Shown here: piece after piece, positions 61,250-64,000 of the stretch
Numbering within the stretch: position 1 is the first letter of the stretch
Layout: each line of letters begins with the position of its first letter
Assembly: GCA_013239625.1 (NCBI GenBank)
Contig: MU053881.1
Location: forward strand, 3,865,957 to 3,929,956
Length of the DNA stretch: 64,000 nucleotides
Source of the DNA: Lama guanicoe
Lineage: Eukaryota
Reading direction: 5' to 3'
The notes under the pieces: model-generated
What the model saw: the letters and a program-made list of their open reading frames with translations, nothing else
Databases searched by the model: none
What the model was told of the DNA's origin: nothing
Made by a program: the position numbers and the translations under genes

Positions 61250-61595
61250 GCCAGTCTCGGCTATGAGCTTGGATTCTAGAACGATGCTGGGGCTGACATC
61301 CTCGTCCCACCACTTAGCAGCTAAGATCTTTTTGAGCTTCAGAGTCTTCAGCTGTGAAACAAGGGTGCTAATAATAGCACCTACTTCACCCCACTGTGCC
61401 AGCTCGGGAAGCCGTTTATGCGTGGAAAAATTCTGCACGGTCCCAGACGCTCAGAAGTCATCCTGGTTATTTACCATTATTCACTTCACTTCTCTGCGGC
61501 TCATCTTTCTTATCTCTGAAAGGGTGTTCGTAACAACTGCTCCTCAAGCTGTCCCAAGGCTGCGATGAGACAAGAGCCCTGCAGATGCTTTAGAA
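61250..61595 (+). mobile_element. Tandem MIR fragments
   Basis: CTTCAGCTGTGAAACAAGGGTGCTAATAATAGCACCTAC; CTTCTCTGCGGCTCATCTTTCTTATCTCTGAAA. Confidence 0.6.
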
Positions 61596-61836
61596 ACCCA
61601 GCATTTCTCCTCTGTCGACTGAGCTTATTCCCAGAAATCTCTCACAAACAACTGTGGGCAGTAGCCTGGGACTAACTCCATGAAAGCCCCTGGCACACAG
61701 TAGGTACTCAATTTAAAAAGCAACAGTAAGTTGTCGGCTGTGTCTGTTCCAGCCAGATACCTGGCGGAGCTCGGAACAGCTTTCCGTAAACAGGCAAGCT
61801 AGTGATTTCATGCAGAACAAACAAACGAATGTCTTT

Positions 61837-61964
61837 TTTTTTTTTTTGAGGAGGGGGCACGTAATTAGGTTTAGGTGTTTATTTTAATGGAGGCACTGGG
61901 GATTGAACCCAGGACCTCGTGCATGCCAAGCACACACTCTACCACTGAGCTGTACCTTTCCCCC
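61837..61964 (-). mobile_element. Vic-1-like SINE
   Basis: GGAGGCACTGGGGATTGAACCCAGGACCTCGTGC; TSD ACAAACGAATGTCTTT / ACAAGCAAATGTCTTT. Confidence 0.9.
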
Positions 61965-62849
61965 ACAAGCAAATGTCTTTAATTGTTTCCCAGCAACAGC
62001 ATTTAGGGCCCCAAATTATCCAGAGAATCAGCCTGACTGGTCACGTTCACCGAGCGCAGGAAGAAAAGGCGGTCTTGGGGCAGCGGTGATGGGCGCCAGC
62101 ACCAGCTGGTGGCCGCTTGGGAACCTGACAGCAGCTTCCGTGGGCTGTGGGGACGCCACCTGGTGTGATCTCTTTCAGAGGGACTTAAAGAGCCCCCCCC
62201 CAGGTGCTGACCTCTTGCGCCCTCCAGATCACCACCCGGGGGAAAGCCACTTCTAGCCAAGCCCCGGCTGCAGCAGGTAGGTCCCTCCCAGAGGCCTTGC
62301 CGGCTCTACCTGGGGGTCATCTGCCCTGCGCACCAGGGCATGGGAGGGGGAGAGGGAGAGCATCTTTGCCTGAGGCAATCCAGCGTCACAAACATTCACT
62401 CATCTCTCATTCCCAGGCACAGAGCAGGGCTCTGGGAATAATAAAAGCAATGATAACCAAACCATTTCTACGTTTGCCAGGCTCCACATGGAGCATTTTC
62501 CTGTAGTCCTTGTAATGGCCATGATCATCCTAAGTGGTGACATGGGCTGGGCGAGCTCTATTTTAAAGATGGGGAGACAAGCCCAGACAGACCTCCCCGA
62601 GAGCACAGCGACCCACCACCAGGATCAAGGCCAAGTTTCTAAGGGTGACATTCAAGGCCCCTGCCGACCCTGCCAGCCTCATTTGTCCTTTCGTGGATGC
62701 TGCGTCTGCAGAACAACCGGCCATTTCCATGAGCCCCTGTCTCTCTCCCCGGTTGCCTTTGTGCGTTAGATCTCCCCGTCCGTCTGGATTGCTCCCCATC
62801 CTCCCTCACCTTCCCGGGGCTCCAACGTGAGAGCACCTCGAGGGGCCAG

Positions 62850-63030
62850 ACACCTCATGCACAAAACAACTCTGTGAGTTAGGCATTATCATTCCCACTT
62901 TAAGGAACTGGAAACTGAGGCAGAGAATAGCGAAGTAACTAACAAGGTCACAGAGCCAGGAAGAGGCAGACCTGGGATTTAAATCCCCGGAGCAGGAATT
63001 TGGCTGGAGCCCAGTGTCTTCCCCACACTA
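62850..63030 (-). mobile_element. MIR SINE
   Basis: ATTCCCACTTTAAGGAACTGGAAACTGAGGCAGAGA...AAGGTCACAGAGC...CTGGGATTTAAATCC. Confidence 0.85.
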
Positions 63031-63104
63031 TGGTGCCTCTCAGCTCAGGAATCACCACCTCCTTTGGGAAGCCCTCCTTGACCTCCCACGTTGGATTAGG
63101 CCCA

Positions 63105-63790
63105 GGAATGTGCCAGAGCCTGCCCTTACCAGTCTGAGAAAGCCAATTATTAAATTGTCAGGGATTTTGCAAGCTGGTTGTTAAACACAGCAATTATTAA
63201 AGATTAAATTATAAACACTTATAATTAAGTAAATTATATTAAAAACAAAGGTCATAAATACTCAACACTCATCACTTCCTAATTATTTTATTACATTTTA
63301 CTATTATCTACGCTCTGAAGATTATTTACATCCAGGGTGTCTGTCTGGTGCAGATTCCACATAATGGGGCCCTATGGTGTCCCCTCAGTGATATCACATT
63401 TGTAGCTTTGAAGTCGGCCACGGCTGGAATATTTACCACGTGGAAATCGGCAAACTGATAAGGGCTTAGTTCAACGTTGGGTTGATCGATTCGATTTAGC
63501 AAAGTGATGGTGAGAATCTCAATAATGCAGCTTAAACTTGCAAGAGTGTCACACCTGTAGCCATTGCTTTGGGAATAGCACCCACAAAATGGAAGAAAAT
63601 ATTCTTCCAATATTTGAAAACTGCTATTCAATTTAGCCAAGCAGTTGCTCACGCCGTTGATAAACAAGTGCGATTCCATCATAGCCCTTCCTGTTTCACC
63701 ATCATCTTAATGGTTAGTGTCCGTGAACATATCATGTCAAACGGCATTCAAGGAACCACCGGAAGAACCAGGAGCGCATCCCTGATAAGG
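63105..63790 (+). mobile_element. MER63C/D-like hAT-Blackjack element
   Basis: GCTGGTTGTTAAACACAGC...AAAAACAAAGGTCATAAATACTCAACACTCATCACTTCCTAATTATTTT. Confidence 0.8.
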
Positions 63791-63879
63791 TGGTTCCTGT
63801 CGGTGTTGCCCGATCCAGCTGCGTTTCTCTCCGTAGTGGTCCTAAATCCAGGGCTCTGAAACTTTCCAGCTGTGTCCAC

Positions 63880-63975
63880 TTCTTCCAGACTCCTCTTGAG
63901 AGCAGGGATTGAGTCTTTTTATCAAAATCCTCAGTTCTTGGGGTAGATACTTAACAATTGTTGAATAAATGCATG
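63880..63975 (+). mobile_element. L2 3' end
   Basis: CTCTTGAGAGCAGGGATTGAGTC...TTGTTGAATAAATG. Confidence 0.6.
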
Positions 63976-64000
63976 CATCTTTGCACGACTGCATAAATAA

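Noticed and set aside
279..61964. Strand bias of SINEs (8 of 10 on -) as evidence of a host transcription unit
   Set aside because: The sample is too small, and L1s and LTRs occur in both orientations.

Overview
Non-coding mammalian genomic DNA, most likely from a camelid. That call is inferred from ten copies of a tRNA-Ala-derived SINE resembling camelid Vic-1, together with artiodactyl-type L1 3' ends and ERV LTRs. I found no credible protein-coding exon or RNA gene. The only protein-like ORF fragments are decayed L1 ORF2 (reverse transcriptase) pieces. Much of the window is transposable-element derived: MIR, L2, old and young L1, MaLR/ERVL/ERV1 solo LTRs, and hAT and Tigger DNA transposons. 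Several insertions are nested and have readable target-site duplications (TSDs). Between the repeats are repeat-free, motif-dense blocks (~9.1-9.5, 16.1-16.3, 19.1-19.5, 28.2-29.3 and 36.2-36.7 kb) that look like developmental enhancers, suggesting a gene desert or large intron; I cannot identify the locus. I do not see a new gene system. The most notable items are a solo LTR with an amplified CCAAT/NF-Y array plus octamer, TATA and polyA signals; a MER41-like LTR with degenerate tandem GAS sites; an orphan CpG-rich element; a SINE with strongly GC-biased substitutions; and a multi-element nested transposon cluster. Repeat family names come from my recall of consensus sequences, not from a search. 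Boundaries without a TSD are approximate.
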